This document shows positions 9,780 through 18,949 of a DNA stretch of 64,000 bases, piece after piece (within the stretch, counting starts at the first letter, position 1; each line of letters opens with the position of its first letter). Made by a program: the position numbers and the translations under genes. Under the pieces are notes generated by a model that was not told the origin of the DNA, made no database searches, and saw nothing but the letters and a program-made list of their open reading frames with translations. The DNA lies in the NCBI GenBank assembly GCA_052039575.1, contig JBQGEK010000025.1, positions 5-64,004 on the forward strand, in the 5' to 3' direction. This DNA comes from Patulibacter sp. (GTDB lineage Bacteria > Actinomycetota > Thermoleophilia > Solirubrobacterales > Solirubrobacteraceae).

Positions 9780-10897
9780 TCACTCCCGAGCTGGCCGCCG
9801 ACCGCGGCAACCGACTGGCGGCGATCCTCGCCGAGCGTGATCTCGACGGGGTCGTGATCACGAACCTGCACGACATCCGCTGGCTGACCGGCTTCACCGG
9901 CAGCAACGCCGTGGTGATCGTCGGCCGCGAGCAGCACGGAGACGAGGTCCGTGATCTGCGGCGCTTCGTCACCGACTTCCGCTACGTCGAGCAGGCCGCG
10001 TCCGAGGTCCCCGAGCCGTGGGAGCGGATCAACGGCGGCCGCGACCTCGGGGGCGCCGGGATCGCGCAGCATCTGCCGGCCGGTGCCAGGAAGGTCGGGT
10101 TCGACGACGGGGACCTGACCTTCGCCGCCCACCGCCGGCTGTCGAACGCCGCCGAGATCGGGCAGAAGCTCGTCCCGGTCGCGGGGATCGTCGCGGGGCT
10201 GCGGGCGGTCAAGGACGCGTCCGAGCTGGCCGCGATCCGCGCTGCGTCGGAGCTCGCCGACGCGGCGTTCGACGAGGTGATCCTGAACGGCCCGATCGTG
10301 GGGCGGACCGAGCGCGAGATCGCGCTCGACCTGGAGATCGCGATGCGCCGACGCGGCGCCAGCGGCAACAGCTTCGACCCGATCGTCGCCTGCGGTCCGC
10401 ACGGCGCGCTGCCGCACGCCTCGCCCCGTGACGTGGCGGTCCCCGCCGGGGTGCTGCTGACGGTCGACTGGGGATGCGTGCTCGACGGCTACTGCTCGGA
10501 CTGCACGCGCACGGTCGGGACCGGCACCGTGTCCGACGCGGCCCGCGCGGTCTACGCCACCGTGCTCGACGCGCAGCAGCAGGCCCTGGCCGCAGTCCGG
10601 ACCGGCGCCGACGCGCGTGCCGTCGACGCGGTCGCCCGCGATCTGATCGGCGCGGCCGGACACGGCGAGCACTTCGGCCACGGTCTCGGCCACGGAGTCG
10701 GGCTCGAGGTCCACGAGGCGCCGACCCTGGGGCCGCGATCGAGCGGTCCGCTGAAGACCGATCAGATCGTCACCGTCGAGCCGGGGATCTACGTGCCCGG
10801 GGAGCACGGTGTTCGGATCGAGGACCTGGTCGCGGTCAAGCCGGACGGCCCGGACGTCTTCACGACGATCACCAAGCAGCTGGTCGAGGTCTCCTAG
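9776..10897 (+). CDS. Xaa-Pro aminopeptidase (M24 family)
   Basis: LTGFTGS, GYCSDCTRT, HFGHGLGHGVGLEVHE, TVEPGIY, GVRIED. Confidence 0.93.
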   Translation: MITPELAADRGNRLAAILAERDLDGVVITNLHDIRWLTGFTGSNAVVIVGREQHGDEVRDLRRFVTDFRYVEQAASEVPEPWERINGGRDLGGAGIAQHLPAGARKVGFDDGDLTFAAHRRLSNAAEIGQKLVPVAGIVAGLRAVKDASELAAIRAASELADAAFDEVILNGPIVGRTEREIALDLEIAMRRRGASGNSFDPIVACGPHGALPHASPRDVAVPAGVLLTVDWGCVLDGYCSDCTRTVGTGTVSDAARAVYATVLDAQQQALAAVRTGADARAVDAVARDLIGAAGHGEHFGHGLGHGVGLEVHEAPTLGPRSSGPLKTDQIVTVEPGIYVPGEHGVRIEDLVAVKPDGPDVFTTITKQLVEVS

Positions 10898-10905
10898 CGG
10901 TTGCG

Positions 10906-10964
10906 GCGTTCGACCGGTCGAGGTTCGACACGTCCTACGTGCTCGACCTCGACCGGTCGATCGC
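10906..10964. terminator. Long imperfect inverted repeat between convergent genes (putative bidirectional terminator)
   Basis: Arms of about 27 nt, each containing the palindrome TCGACCGGTCGA (10910-10921, 10949-10960). Confidence 0.6.
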
Positions 10965-12232
10965 TATCGCGTGCCGACGGCCGGTTCACCGGACGGCTCG
11001 ACCGCCAACGTCGCCTCCACCACCGGCTCGGCCCGCGGTGGCCGCATCCGCGGCGCGACCACCGCGACCACCAGCGCCGCGAGGATCACCGCGGCACCGA
11101 CGATCCGGAACGCCGGCACCACGTCCCAGAACGTCGCGATCACACCGGCGACCAGCGCCGGCAGCGCCATCGACAGGTAGGCGACGACGAACAGCGCCGA
11201 CATCACGGCGGCGCGGTGGGTGGTCGGGATCACCGTCGTCAGCGACCCGAGCGCTCCGAGGTACGTCGTGCCCCAGCCGACCCCGATCACCACGGCGCCG
11301 ACCAGGAACAGCGGCCCGGAGGTCAGGGAGAGCGACACGAAGGCCACGAGCATCCCGGCGACGAGCACCGCGGCGCCGCTCGCCGTCAGGCGCCACGGGT
11401 CGAAGCGCCCGGCGATCACCTGCGCGAAGGTGCCCGCCGTGCAGACCGCGACCACACCGAGACTGGCCACCACGCGGTCGCTGGTGTCGAGCTCGATCGC
11501 GGTCAGTCGCGGACCGAGCGACAGGAACACGCTGCCGACCGACCACGACGCGAACACGCCGAGGCTCGAGAACAGGAACGCACCGCGGATCTCGCGCGGG
11601 ACGTGGGGCCAGGCGGGCCGCAGGCGGAACCGCTCGCGGTGCTCGACCGGCTCCGGCATCAGCCAGACCCCGACCAGGACGACCGCGACGAGCACCAGCA
11701 CGACCACGAACGGCAGCCGCAGTGGCCACGGACCGTGCTCGACGAGCACCGCGGCGACGAAGATCCCCACACCCATGCTGCCGGTGCTGACGGCGCCGTT
11801 GAGCCGCCCAGCGCGGATCAGGTCGCCGCGAGGGTGCAGGTCGAGCATCGCCGCCCCGGCGGCTCCGATCGCGGCGCCGGTCGACAGTCCCTGCAGCGCT
11901 CGCGCGGCGAACAGCCAGCTGGTTCCGTCTGCGACCACGAACAGCCCGAGCGCCACCAGCAGCACCGCGAGCGACGCCAACATCGTCGGCCGCCGCCCGA
12001 TCGTGTCCGAGATCCGGCCCACGGCGACGAGCGCCACCAGCACGCTCAGGCCGTAGGTCGAGAAGATCGCCGTCAGTACGAAGGGGGAGAAGCCCCAGGT
12101 CTCGCGGTAGCTGTCGTAGAGCGCGGTCGGGGCGCACGACGCGAACAGCGACAACCCGATCACCGCGGCGGCGATCCAGTAGCCCGCCGTTCCCGAGAGT
12201 CGTGGGCGCCCGGTCGTCGAGGGCGGGTTCAC
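10964..12232 (-). CDS. MFS transporter
   Basis: About 12 TM segments, GRISDTIGRRP motif A, ARALQGLSTG; start uncertain (ORF extends to 12283). Confidence 0.9.
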   Translation of the reverse strand: MNPPSTTGRPRLSGTAGYWIAAAVIGLSLFASCAPTALYDSYRETWGFSPFVLTAIFSTYGLSVLVALVAVGRISDTIGRRPTMLASLAVLLVALGLFVVADGTSWLFAARALQGLSTGAAIGAAGAAMLDLHPRGDLIRAGRLNGAVSTGSMGVGIFVAAVLVEHGPWPLRLPFVVVLVLVAVVLVGVWLMPEPVEHRERFRLRPAWPHVPREIRGAFLFSSLGVFASWSVGSVFLSLGPRLTAIELDTSDRVVASLGVVAVCTAGTFAQVIAGRFDPWRLTASGAAVLVAGMLVAFVSLSLTSGPLFLVGAVVIGVGWGTTYLGALGSLTTVIPTTHRAAVMSALFVVAYLSMALPALVAGVIATFWDVVPAFRIVGAAVILAALVVAVVAPRMRPPRAEPVVEATLAVEPSGEPAVGTR

Positions 12233-12361
12233 GGGCGGGATCCGGCGAGCACGGTGCTGTCGATCGTGGCACAGCGGCCGCACGGGCTCGGTACCGCCGC
12301 AAGCCGGGCCGCAGGAGGTTTCGACGGATCGCCGCGGCCGGCCTTACACTTCCGGACGCGC

Positions 12362-12922
12362 ATGATTTCCACGAACCAGCTGAAGAACGGCAACCACATC
12401 GAGGTCGACGGGGTGGTCTTCAAGGTCCTCGAGACCCAGCACGTGAAGCCGGGCAAGGGCGCCGCGTTCGTGCGCAGCAAGCTGCGGCGCGCCAGCGACG
12501 GCAACGTGATCGAGAAGACGTTCCGCGCCGGCGAGAAGTTCCGGCCCGTCCACACCGAGGCCCGTTCGATGCAGTACCTCTACGAGGACGGCACCGACGC
12601 GCACTTCATGGACGCCGAGTCGTTCGAGCAGCTGGCGATCCCGGTCGAGAAGGTCCGGTCGGCGCTGCGCTTCATCCTGGCCAACGACACGGTCCAGATC
12701 CTCTTCATCGACGAGCAGCCCGCCGACGTCCAGCTGCCCGCGTCGGTCGAGTTGACGGTCTCGCACACCGAGCCCGGCCTCAAGGGCGACACCGCGTCCG
12801 GCGGCGGCGACAAGCCCGCCACGCTCGAGACCGGTGCCGAGATCCGCGTGCCGCTGTTCATCAACGTGGGGGAGCGGGTCAAGGTGCAGACCGAGACCGG
12901 CGCCTACATGTCCCGGGCCTGA
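12362..12922 (+). CDS. efp: Elongation factor P
   Basis: QHVKPGKGAAFVR, TEPGLKGDTA, KPATLETG, VPLFIN. Confidence 0.97.
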   Translation: MISTNQLKNGNHIEVDGVVFKVLETQHVKPGKGAAFVRSKLRRASDGNVIEKTFRAGEKFRPVHTEARSMQYLYEDGTDAHFMDAESFEQLAIPVEKVRSALRFILANDTVQILFIDEQPADVQLPASVELTVSHTEPGLKGDTASGGGDKPATLETGAEIRVPLFINVGERVKVQTETGAYMSRA

Positions 12923-12953
12923 CCGGTCCGAGGCACGTAGCCTTCCCCCGCGC

Positions 12954-13358
12954 ATGTCCCGCAGGAGCGAGCAACGGCGAGCCGCCGTCTTCACCGTCTA
13001 CCAGCACGACCTGACCGGTCGACCGCTGCACGAGCTGTTCGAGCGCGACGCCGCGATGTTCACGCGCTCGCTCGCACACGCCACCACCGACTTCCAGGAC
13101 GAGTTCGACGCGTTGATCGGCAAGTACTCGAAGGGCTGGACGATCGACCGGATCGCCCCGCTCGAGCGCTCGATCATGCGCGTCGCGCTGCTCGAGATGC
13201 TGCACCCCGAAGCGGTTCCCGGGGACAAGCCGATCCCCGCCGAGGGCGCGATCTCGGAAGCCGTCGACACCGCCAAGAAGTTCTGCTCCGCCGAAGCGCC
13301 GAAGTTCGTCAACGGCATCCTCTCGGCGATCTTGCGCGAGCAAAGCGCCGCGGCGTGA
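12954..13358 (+). CDS. nusB: Transcription antitermination factor NusB
   Basis: Arg-rich N-terminus, GWTIDRIAPLERSIMR, AISEAV, KFVNGIL; follows efp. Confidence 0.92.
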   Translation: MSRRSEQRRAAVFTVYQHDLTGRPLHELFERDAAMFTRSLAHATTDFQDEFDALIGKYSKGWTIDRIAPLERSIMRVALLEMLHPEAVPGDKPIPAEGAISEAVDTAKKFCSAEAPKFVNGILSAILREQSAAA

Positions 13359-13398
13359 GCCCTGCGCCCGGCGCCGACCGATCCTGCACACTGAAGGG

Positions 13399-13590
13399 GT
13401 GGCAGACGTGGCTCCCGCCCGGGACTTCCAGATCCAGATCGCTCGCCTCGAGCACGCGCTCGGACGCGTCTCGGACGCGGCGACGTCCGACGACGAGCTG
13501 GTGAGCGCAGCCGAGCAGCTGGCGCAGTCGGCGTCGGACGCCGACGCCGCGCTGGACCGCGTGCTGCGCGACGCGGGCGGTCAGCGATGA
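13399..13590 (+). CDS. Small helical protein, divergent exonuclease VII small subunit (XseB)-like
   Basis: 63 aa coiled-coil pattern; sits in the xseB position directly before, and overlapping, ispA. Confidence 0.5.
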   Translation: MADVAPARDFQIQIARLEHALGRVSDAATSDDELVSAAEQLAQSASDADAALDRVLRDAGGQR

Positions 13591-14504
13591 CCGCCGGCTA
13601 CCCGGACGACCTCCGCCAGATCGTCGACGACTACCTGCAGGGCCTGCGGTTCCCGGCCCGCAGCGCCGGGGTCTCGGGCCTCGAGGACGCCATGCGCTAC
13701 TCGCTGCTCGCGGGCGGCAAGCGGATTCGCCCGGTGCTCGCGCTCGCGACCGCCCGCGCGGTCGATCTCGAGCAGGCACAGGCGCTGCCGCTGGCCGCGT
13801 CGATCGAGCTGATCCACACCTACTCGCTGATCCACGACGACCTGCCGGCGATGGACGACGACGACCTGCGTCGCGGCCGTCCGACCTGCCACGTGGCCTA
13901 CGGGGAGGACGTCGCGATCCTCGCCGGTGACGCGCTCTACGCGGAGGCGTTCCACCTGCTGCTGCGACGAGACGGCGACGAGCGGGACCCGCTGCCCGCG
14001 GAGCGTCTGCTCGCCGCCGCTGCCGAGCTGGCCGACGCGACTGGCGTCGACGGCATGGTCGGCGGGCAGTTCCTCGACGTCACGGCGGAGAAGGCCAGCG
14101 CCGCGGGCGACACGACGCCGACCGCGGACGACCTGCGGGTGCTGCACGAGCTGAAGACCGGTCGGTTGATCGGCGCGTCCGTCGGCTGCGTGCTCCAGCT
14201 GGCCGGGCTCGACGCGGAGCAGGCGCGTCCGCTCCGGGACTTCGCGGACCACTTGGGCGTGTTGTTCCAGATCGTCGTCGACATCCTCGACGTGACCGGC
14301 TGCGACGCGGATCTGGGCAAGCCCAGCGGCAGCGACGAGCGACACGACAAGCGCACGTACGTGACCGAGTACGGTCTAGAGGGAGCGCAGCGGATGGCCG
14401 CCGCGCACCACGAGGCCGCCGAGGATGCCCTGCACGCCGCGGTGCCGTCGGGAGCAGACGACTTGCATACCCTCACCACCTTCATCCACACGAGGACGAA
14501 CTGA
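13587..14504 (+). CDS. ispA: Polyprenyl (farnesyl/geranylgeranyl) diphosphate synthase
   Basis: GGKRIRP, HTYSLIHDDLPAMDDDDLRRG, GMVGGQ, KTG; the second Asp-rich motif reads VDILD. Confidence 0.93.
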   Translation: MTAGYPDDLRQIVDDYLQGLRFPARSAGVSGLEDAMRYSLLAGGKRIRPVLALATARAVDLEQAQALPLAASIELIHTYSLIHDDLPAMDDDDLRRGRPTCHVAYGEDVAILAGDALYAEAFHLLLRRDGDERDPLPAERLLAAAAELADATGVDGMVGGQFLDVTAEKASAAGDTTPTADDLRVLHELKTGRLIGASVGCVLQLAGLDAEQARPLRDFADHLGVLFQIVVDILDVTGCDADLGKPSGSDERHDKRTYVTEYGLEGAQRMAAAHHEAAEDALHAAVPSGADDLHTLTTFIHTRTN

Positions 14505-14507
14505 CCC

Positions 14508-16493
14508 GTGACCCGGTTGCTCGACCGCATCGACCGTCCCCAGGACCTGCACGCGCTCTCGGAGGAGCAGCTGCAGCAGGTCGCGCAGGAGGTCCGTGAG
14601 CACATCATCGACACGGTCGGTGAGATCGGCGGGCACTTCGGGGCCAACCTCGGCACCTGCGAGATCGCGGTCGCGGTCCACTCGCTGCTCGACAGCCCGC
14701 GGGACAAGGTGCTCTGGGACGTCGGTCACCAGGCCTACCCGCACAAGATCCTGACCGGGCGTCGCGACCAGCTGCCGACGATCCGCAAGTACGGCGGACT
14801 GGCGCCGTTCTGCTCGATCCCCGAGTCCGAGCACGACATCATGGGCGCGGGCCACGCGTCGACGTCGATCGGCTACGGCGTCGGCCTGAGCGAGGCGGTG
14901 CGGCTGAAGGACCGAACTGCGGGCGTCGAGGAGAACCCCGACCCGCCGAAGGTCGTCGCGGTGATCGGTGACGGTTCGATGACCGGTGGTGTCGCGTTCG
15001 AGGCCGCGCACCAGGCCGGAGGGCTCGGCACGCCGCTGGTGGTGATCCTCAACGACAACGGGATGTCGATCTCGCCGAACGTCGGCGCGTTGTCGCGGTA
15101 CTTCCAGCGGGTCCGGCTGAACCCGAAGCTGTGGCACGGGCGCGAGCGGGTCGAGGAGGTCCTGACCGACCTCCCCGCCGGGTTCGGCGACCTCGTCAGC
15201 CGCGTCGGACCGCCGCTCAAGGGGTCGATGAAGCTGCTCAACGCCGAGGGCGAGCTGTGGGAGTCGCTCGACTGGGCGTACATGGGCCTGATCGACGGCC
15301 ACGACGTTCACGCGCTGCGCCAGGCGCTGAGCAAGGCGTTCGCGGCGAATCGCCCGGTCGTCGTCCACGTCAGGACGGTCAAGGGCAAGGGCTTCGCGCC
15401 GGCCGAGGATGGCGGGCTCGAGGGCATGGAGCAGTGGCACGCCGCGAAGCCGAACAGCATCGTCGGTGGCGCCCCGGCACCCGCGGCTCCGGCGAACCCG
15501 GACGCGCCCGCCAAGCCGCCGGCCTACACGCAGGTCTTCGGCGAGCGGATGATCGAGGAGGTCCGGGCGGACCGGCGCGTCGTCGGCATCACCGCCGCGA
15601 TGAACTCCGGAACCGGGCTGAACCTGCTGCAGGTCGCCGAGCCCGACCACTACTTCGACGTCGGCATCGCCGAGCAGCAGGCGCTGCTGTTCGCGTCCGG
15701 ACTCGCGCTCGAGGGCCTCAAGCCGGTGGCCGCGATCTACTCGACCTTCCTGCAGCGCGCCTACGACCAGATCGTCCACGACGTCTGCCTGCAGGAACTC
15801 GACGTGGTGCTCGCGATGGACCGCGCCGGCCTGGTCGGCGACGACGGTCCGACGCACCACGGCGTCTTCGACATCGCCTACCTGCGGGCGCTGCCGAACA
15901 TCGTCGTCGCCGCGCCGCGCGACGAGTCGCAGCTGGTCCACATGCTGCACACCGGGATTGCGCACGACGGCCCGTTCGCGCTGCGCTACCCGCGCGGGGA
16001 GGGGACTGGCGTCCCACTGCCCGACGCGGCATCGCTGATCCCGATCGGCCAGGGCGAGCTGCTGCGCCGCGGCGAGCGGGTCGCGATCCTCGGCTACGGG
16101 TCCGGCGTCGGCGTCGGTCTCGAGGCCGCGGCGATCCTCAGCGACGCCGGGCACGAAGTGACCGTTGCCGACGCGCGGTTCGCCAAGCCGCTTGACCTCG
16201 GCATGCTGCGCGAGCTCGCGGCATCGCACGAGCTGCTGGTGACGGTCGAGGAGGGCGTGCTCGCGGGTGGCTTCGGATCGGGCGTCTGGGAAGCGTGCGA
16301 GCAGCACGGGATCGACTGGGCCAACGGGTCGGGTGGCCACCGGATCCTGCGCGTCGGCCTGCCGGACGCGTACGTGACCCACGGAAAGCCGGCGCAGCTC
16401 CACGCCGAGGTCGGATTCACCGGGGCCGACGTCGCCGCACGGATCGCGGCCGCGATCGGGGTGCCGCTGAGCGACGCGTCGGCGCGCGTCTGA
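14508..16493 (+). CDS. dxs: 1-deoxy-D-xylulose-5-phosphate synthase
   Basis: WDVGHQAYPHK, GHASTS, GDGSMTGG, NDNGMSI, DVGIAEQ, YSTFLQRAYDQ, DGPTHHG. Confidence 0.97.
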   Translation: MTRLLDRIDRPQDLHALSEEQLQQVAQEVREHIIDTVGEIGGHFGANLGTCEIAVAVHSLLDSPRDKVLWDVGHQAYPHKILTGRRDQLPTIRKYGGLAPFCSIPESEHDIMGAGHASTSIGYGVGLSEAVRLKDRTAGVEENPDPPKVVAVIGDGSMTGGVAFEAAHQAGGLGTPLVVILNDNGMSISPNVGALSRYFQRVRLNPKLWHGRERVEEVLTDLPAGFGDLVSRVGPPLKGSMKLLNAEGELWESLDWAYMGLIDGHDVHALRQALSKAFAANRPVVVHVRTVKGKGFAPAEDGGLEGMEQWHAAKPNSIVGGAPAPAAPANPDAPAKPPAYTQVFGERMIEEVRADRRVVGITAAMNSGTGLNLLQVAEPDHYFDVGIAEQQALLFASGLALEGLKPVAAIYSTFLQRAYDQIVHDVCLQELDVVLAMDRAGLVGDDGPTHHGVFDIAYLRALPNIVVAAPRDESQLVHMLHTGIAHDGPFALRYPRGEGTGVPLPDAASLIPIGQGELLRRGERVAILGYGSGVGVGLEAAAILSDAGHEVTVADARFAKPLDLGMLRELAASHELLVTVEEGVLAGGFGSGVWEACEQHGIDWANGSGGHRILRVGLPDAYVTHGKPAQLHAEVGFTGADVAARIAAAIGVPLSDASARV

Positions 16494-16581
16494 ACGGCGG
16501 GCCGCCAGCGGGGCGAACCCCCGAACCGGGGGTCGGTGGACGAACGTGTGAGTGTTCGTGACGATCGGGTAATGACCGGGC

Positions 16582-17097
16582 ATGAGCCGGTTCGGTCGCC
16601 CGACTCTCGCTGCGCTGATCTCCGGAGCCGTTCTCGCCGGTTGCGGAGGATCGTCGGTGGACGCGACGGAGGTCGAGGAGACCATCGTCACCGAGTTCGC
16701 CGCCCAGGGCGTGCCGTTGAGCGACGTCAGCTGCGACTCGGTCGCGGCCGAGGTCGGCGCGGCGGTGCGCTGCACCGCCAGCAATCCGAAGGACACCGAG
16801 CTGGTGATCGAGGGCAGCGTGACGGCGATCGAGGACGGTCGGGCGAGCTTCACCGTCGAGGGTGTGCGGGGCGAGGTTCAGGGTCCCGCGCTCGCCGAGG
16901 ACGCCAAGCGGATGCTCGAGGCCGAGGTCGGCCAGCGGGCGGTGGCGATGACGTGCCCCGAGAAGGTGGTCGTTCCGACGCCGTCGCCGATCCGCTGCAC
17001 GTTGACGGTCCAGGGCAACGTCCGCTACGGCGTCGACGTCTCGGTCGACGCGGACGGCGAGCTCAGCGCCGAGGTCGACGACGAGCCGGTCTCGTAG
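16582..17097 (+). CDS. Lipoprotein with two tandem DUF4333-like domains
   Basis: Lipobox LAGC; two repeats each carrying a Cys pair (VSC...VRC; MTC...IRC). Confidence 0.7.
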   Translation: MSRFGRPTLAALISGAVLAGCGGSSVDATEVEETIVTEFAAQGVPLSDVSCDSVAAEVGAAVRCTASNPKDTELVIEGSVTAIEDGRASFTVEGVRGEVQGPALAEDAKRMLEAEVGQRAVAMTCPEKVVVPTPSPIRCTLTVQGNVRYGVDVSVDADGELSAEVDDEPVS

Positions 17098-17186
17098 TGG
17101 TCGGCAGCGAGCCGCTCCCGCGGCGGCAGTTCGCATCGGCAACGCGGTCACCCTGACGTCGACCGCAGCCGGTACCGTTCGCACCG

Positions 17187-18008
17187 ATGGCCAAGGTCCG
17201 GCTCGACACGCTCCTGCATCAGCGGGGCCTCTACCCGTCCCGCTCCGCCGCTGCCGCCGCCGTGCTCGCCGGTGCCGTGCGGCTCGGGGGACCGAACGTC
17301 AATCCGCACGCCCGGCCGATCAAGCCCGGCCTGCAGGTCTCCGAGGACGTCGAGATCGACATGGCCGAGGCGGCGCAGTTCGTCTCCCGTGGCGGAACGA
17401 AGCTGGCCAACGCGCTCGAGGGACTCGACGTCCCCGTCGCCGGGCGTCGTGCGCTCGACGTGGGCGCGTCGACCGGGGGCTTCACCGACTGCCTGCTGCA
17501 GCAGGGGGCGGCGGCCGTCACCTGCGTCGACGTCGCCTACGGAGAGCTCGCCTGGTCGATCCGCAGCGACGAGCGGGTCACGGTGATCGAGCGTCAGAAC
17601 GCCCGCGAGTTGATGCCCGAGCAGCTGCCGTACGTCCCCGACCTGGTCGTGGCCGACGTCTCGTTCATCTCCTTGACCAAGCTGCTGCCGGCCCTGAGCG
17701 TCGTCGTCGCGGAGCGGTTCGACGCGCTGCTGATGGTCAAGCCGCAGTTCGAACTGGGCAAGCACCGGGTCGGAGGTGGAGGCGTGGTTCGCGACCCCGA
17801 CCTGCGGCGCGAGGCGGTCCGCCTGGTGGCCGAGGAGGCGATGGGCCGCGGCTGGTCGGTGGTCGCCGCGCGGTCGTCCGGGCTCCCGGGACCGAAGGGC
17901 AACCGCGAGACGTTCCTGCACCTCGCCGAGAGCGGACGCGTTCCGCATCGCACGCCCGACGAGCTCGACGCGCTGGTCCTGGCCGCCGAGCCGGAGCCCG
18001 CCGCGTGA
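17187..18008 (+). CDS. tlyA: TlyA family rRNA 2'-O-methyltransferase
   Basis: S4 domain RLDTLL, FVSRGGTKL, LDVGASTGGFTDCLLQ, DVSFISL, KPQFE, GPKGNRE. Confidence 0.95.
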   Translation: MAKVRLDTLLHQRGLYPSRSAAAAAVLAGAVRLGGPNVNPHARPIKPGLQVSEDVEIDMAEAAQFVSRGGTKLANALEGLDVPVAGRRALDVGASTGGFTDCLLQQGAAAVTCVDVAYGELAWSIRSDERVTVIERQNARELMPEQLPYVPDLVVADVSFISLTKLLPALSVVVAERFDALLMVKPQFELGKHRVGGGGVVRDPDLRREAVRLVAEEAMGRGWSVVAARSSGLPGPKGNRETFLHLAESGRVPHRTPDELDALVLAAEPEPAA

Positions 18009-18874
18009 CCGGCTTCGGCAAGCGTGCGCGGACCGTCTCGGTACTGACCCACTCCCGGTCGGAGCAGTCCTCGGCGTCCCTCGCATGCCTGCTGGCGGTG
18101 GCAGCCGAGCAGGAGGCCGAGCTCTGGTTCACCGAGGACGAGGCCAGCAAGCACGGCCTCAGCTCCGGGCCCGGCCTGCGGGTGGTCCCGACGTGGCGAA
18201 AGGACGCCGACCTCTGCGTCGCGCTCGGCGGCGACGGCACGATCCTGATGGGGCTACGGCAGCAGATCGGTACCGGGGTCCCGGTCTTCGCCGTCAACCT
18301 CGGACAGGTGGGGTTCCTGGCGACGGTCGAGCCGTCCGAGCAGGTCGAGGGGCTGCGCCACGCGATGGTCGGTGCCTTCGAGGTGCTCGACCTGCCGGCG
18401 CTCGAGGCACTGCTCCCGGACGGCAGCACGCAGACCGCCGTCAACGACGTCAGCGTCCACCGACGCTCCGGGGAGCGGGTCGCGACGCTGCGCTACGGGA
18501 TCGACGGCCAGGAGGCCGGTCGGGTGCGCTGCGACGGGCTGGTGCTCGCCACGCCGGCCGGCAGCACGGGCTACAACCTCGCCAACGGCGGCCCCGTGAT
18601 GGCGTGGGGCGTCGAGGGCTATGCGGTCTCGTTCATCGCGCCGCACACGCTCTCGGCGCGGTCGCTGGTCGTCGCCCCCGACGGCACGCTCGAGCTGCAC
18701 AACGACTCGGAGTCCGAGGTCGAAGTGGCGGTCGACGGCCGGCCGAGCGGTGTGCTGCGCCCGGAGGAGTCGTTGCAGGTCCGCTACCGGCGGGATGCGA
18801 CGTTGCTGGCCCAGACGCCGGGGTCGAGCTTCTACCGGCGTCTCCGCGAGAAGTTCGGGCGGCTCGCGGGCTGA
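18005..18874 (+). CDS. ppnK: NAD(+) kinase
   Basis: LGGDGT, NLGQVGFL, DGLVLATPAGSTGYNL. Confidence 0.93.
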   Translation: MTGFGKRARTVSVLTHSRSEQSSASLACLLAVAAEQEAELWFTEDEASKHGLSSGPGLRVVPTWRKDADLCVALGGDGTILMGLRQQIGTGVPVFAVNLGQVGFLATVEPSEQVEGLRHAMVGAFEVLDLPALEALLPDGSTQTAVNDVSVHRRSGERVATLRYGIDGQEAGRVRCDGLVLATPAGSTGYNLANGGPVMAWGVEGYAVSFIAPHTLSARSLVVAPDGTLELHNDSESEVEVAVDGRPSGVLRPEESLQVRYRRDATLLAQTPGSSFYRRLREKFGRLAG

Positions 18875-18935
18875 GCACGGTGACGCCGTAGGGGCCTCCG
18901 CGGTGCGCCCCGGTGCGTTCCGTCCTGCCGGGGTG

Positions 18936-18949
18936 CGAACATGCGTTCG
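18936..18949. promoter_or_regulatory. LexA (SOS) box at the recN start
   Basis: CGAAC-ATGC-GTTCG, a perfect match to the Gram-positive GAAC-N4-GTTC operator. Confidence 0.85.

Noticed and set aside
16541-16558. CGAAC-N8-GTTCG upstream of the lipoprotein
   Set aside because: The spacer is 8 nt rather than the 4 nt of a LexA box; function unsupported.
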